In this document: positions 63,129-64,000 of the stretch, piece after piece | How the letters are laid out: each line of letters begins with the position of its first letter | Numbering within the stretch: position 1 is the stretch's first letter | Origin: Nemertoderma westbladi | Lineage: Eukaryota > Animalia > Xenacoelomorpha | DNA length: 64,000 nucleotides | Assembly (NCBI GenBank): GCA_032718475.1 | Contig: JAUCBJ010004350.1 | Location: 94,928-158,927, forward strand | Direction: 5' to 3' | The notes under the pieces: generated by a model | Told to the model about the DNA's origin: nothing | Seen by the model: only the letters and a program-made list of their open reading frames with translations | The model's database searches: none | Program-made: the position numbers and the translations under genes

Positions 63129-64000
63129 ATCTGCTATCTGAGTTTATTAATATCAATATGAGTTAATATTTAGGCAAGCGGGCGTCGCTGCCTACTAGGC
63201 TTTGCCCCCGGACAGTGGGTTTCTCAGCGCCGATGTACCGTTGTCGCGGTGTTTACGCCAACATGTAGCAACAGCACGACAACGATAACCGGCACAAGTC
63301 CCACCACTGTCCGTCCCAAAAGCTTGAATCCACTTGAGGTTATCTCGGTAGAGTTAGGGCTACTTTACAATTGCGATTAGCTACTGTAAACACACTTTAG
63401 TAGTAACATTCACCTATAAACGCACAAATTCCATACAATCATTACTTACTGCACACATGCAGGCCATTTGTCCGTTAGTCAGTGTCTTCCAGAATGTCAC
63501 GTTATTACTATGTATCCTTGGATACTAATAGTGCGCTATGTATACTCTTATGCTACGCAATGGGGCAAGCTTTTTATTGTTCCTTTAACTTGCTTCTAAT
63601 TCTAGCGTGGGTGTTGCCATGGTGACATTAAGGAAAACTAGCGGTAGAATTAGGGTAATTCTCATACATACAGATCTGGGATGTTATTTAATAGTAATTC
63701 TTTAATTGTCAATATCCTCTTTATGCATGATTTTATAAATTTTATCGTCTATTGACTATATATTGGAGATTCTCGCACTCTAGTACACTCAATATGAATC
63801 TCCGCTCCCATGATCTATTAATTACTGGAATTTTGGGAATGTTATAAATTGCACAAAATGACAATTTATGAAATTCATTTGAATATGAATTTAAATTTAT
63901 TCCCGTGAATTTTATTATTTGAAGTTAAATTGACACAAATTTTATTCCAGAGCATATCTGGGGACTTAGGATCCTTAATTCTATAAAATAGTCCTTCTAA

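Larger units (their letters stand above)
60396..64000 (-). mobile_element. 3' portion of a second LTR retrotransposon, probably BEL-related, continuing beyond the window
   Basis: Minus strand reads ORFs, then ATCCCATTTTCTGGGAGCGG|TGTAAAAG, closely paralleling ATCCTGTTTTCATGGAGCGG|TATAG of element 1. Ends ...GCGAACA at the Helitron junction. No pol is visible in the window. Confidence 0.65.

Overview
AT-rich eukaryotic (animal-like) genomic window dominated by repeats. 1-10.1 kb holds the last five coding exons of an EEA1 orthologue (coiled coil plus C-terminal FYVE). Its introns are inflated by minisatellites grown from the splice sites and from a LINE 3' end, and one intron carries an inverted pair of tRNA-like units each containing a minimal hammerhead ribozyme. 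10.5-13.1 kb is a GC-rich minisatellite. From 13.5 kb a 66-bp satellite hosts three insertions: (i) a young 16.5-kb BEL/Pao LTR retrotransposon (14533-31005, TSD GTGGT) with 1.9-kb TA...TA LTRs, no tRNA-type PBS but an LTR-internal sequence complementary to the PBS position (candidate self-priming), 12 dispersed copies of a 20-nt hairpin and extra 3' ORFs; (ii) a nest of about 13 non-autonomous Helitron/Helentron (DINE-1/HINE-like) elements whose cores carry RFX X-box-like palindromes about every 150 bp; (iii) inside the last of these, the 3' part of a second, related LTR element on the minus strand. Most long ORFs in the supplied track are artefacts of tandem repeats. All assignments come from reading the sequence by eye; no searches were run.
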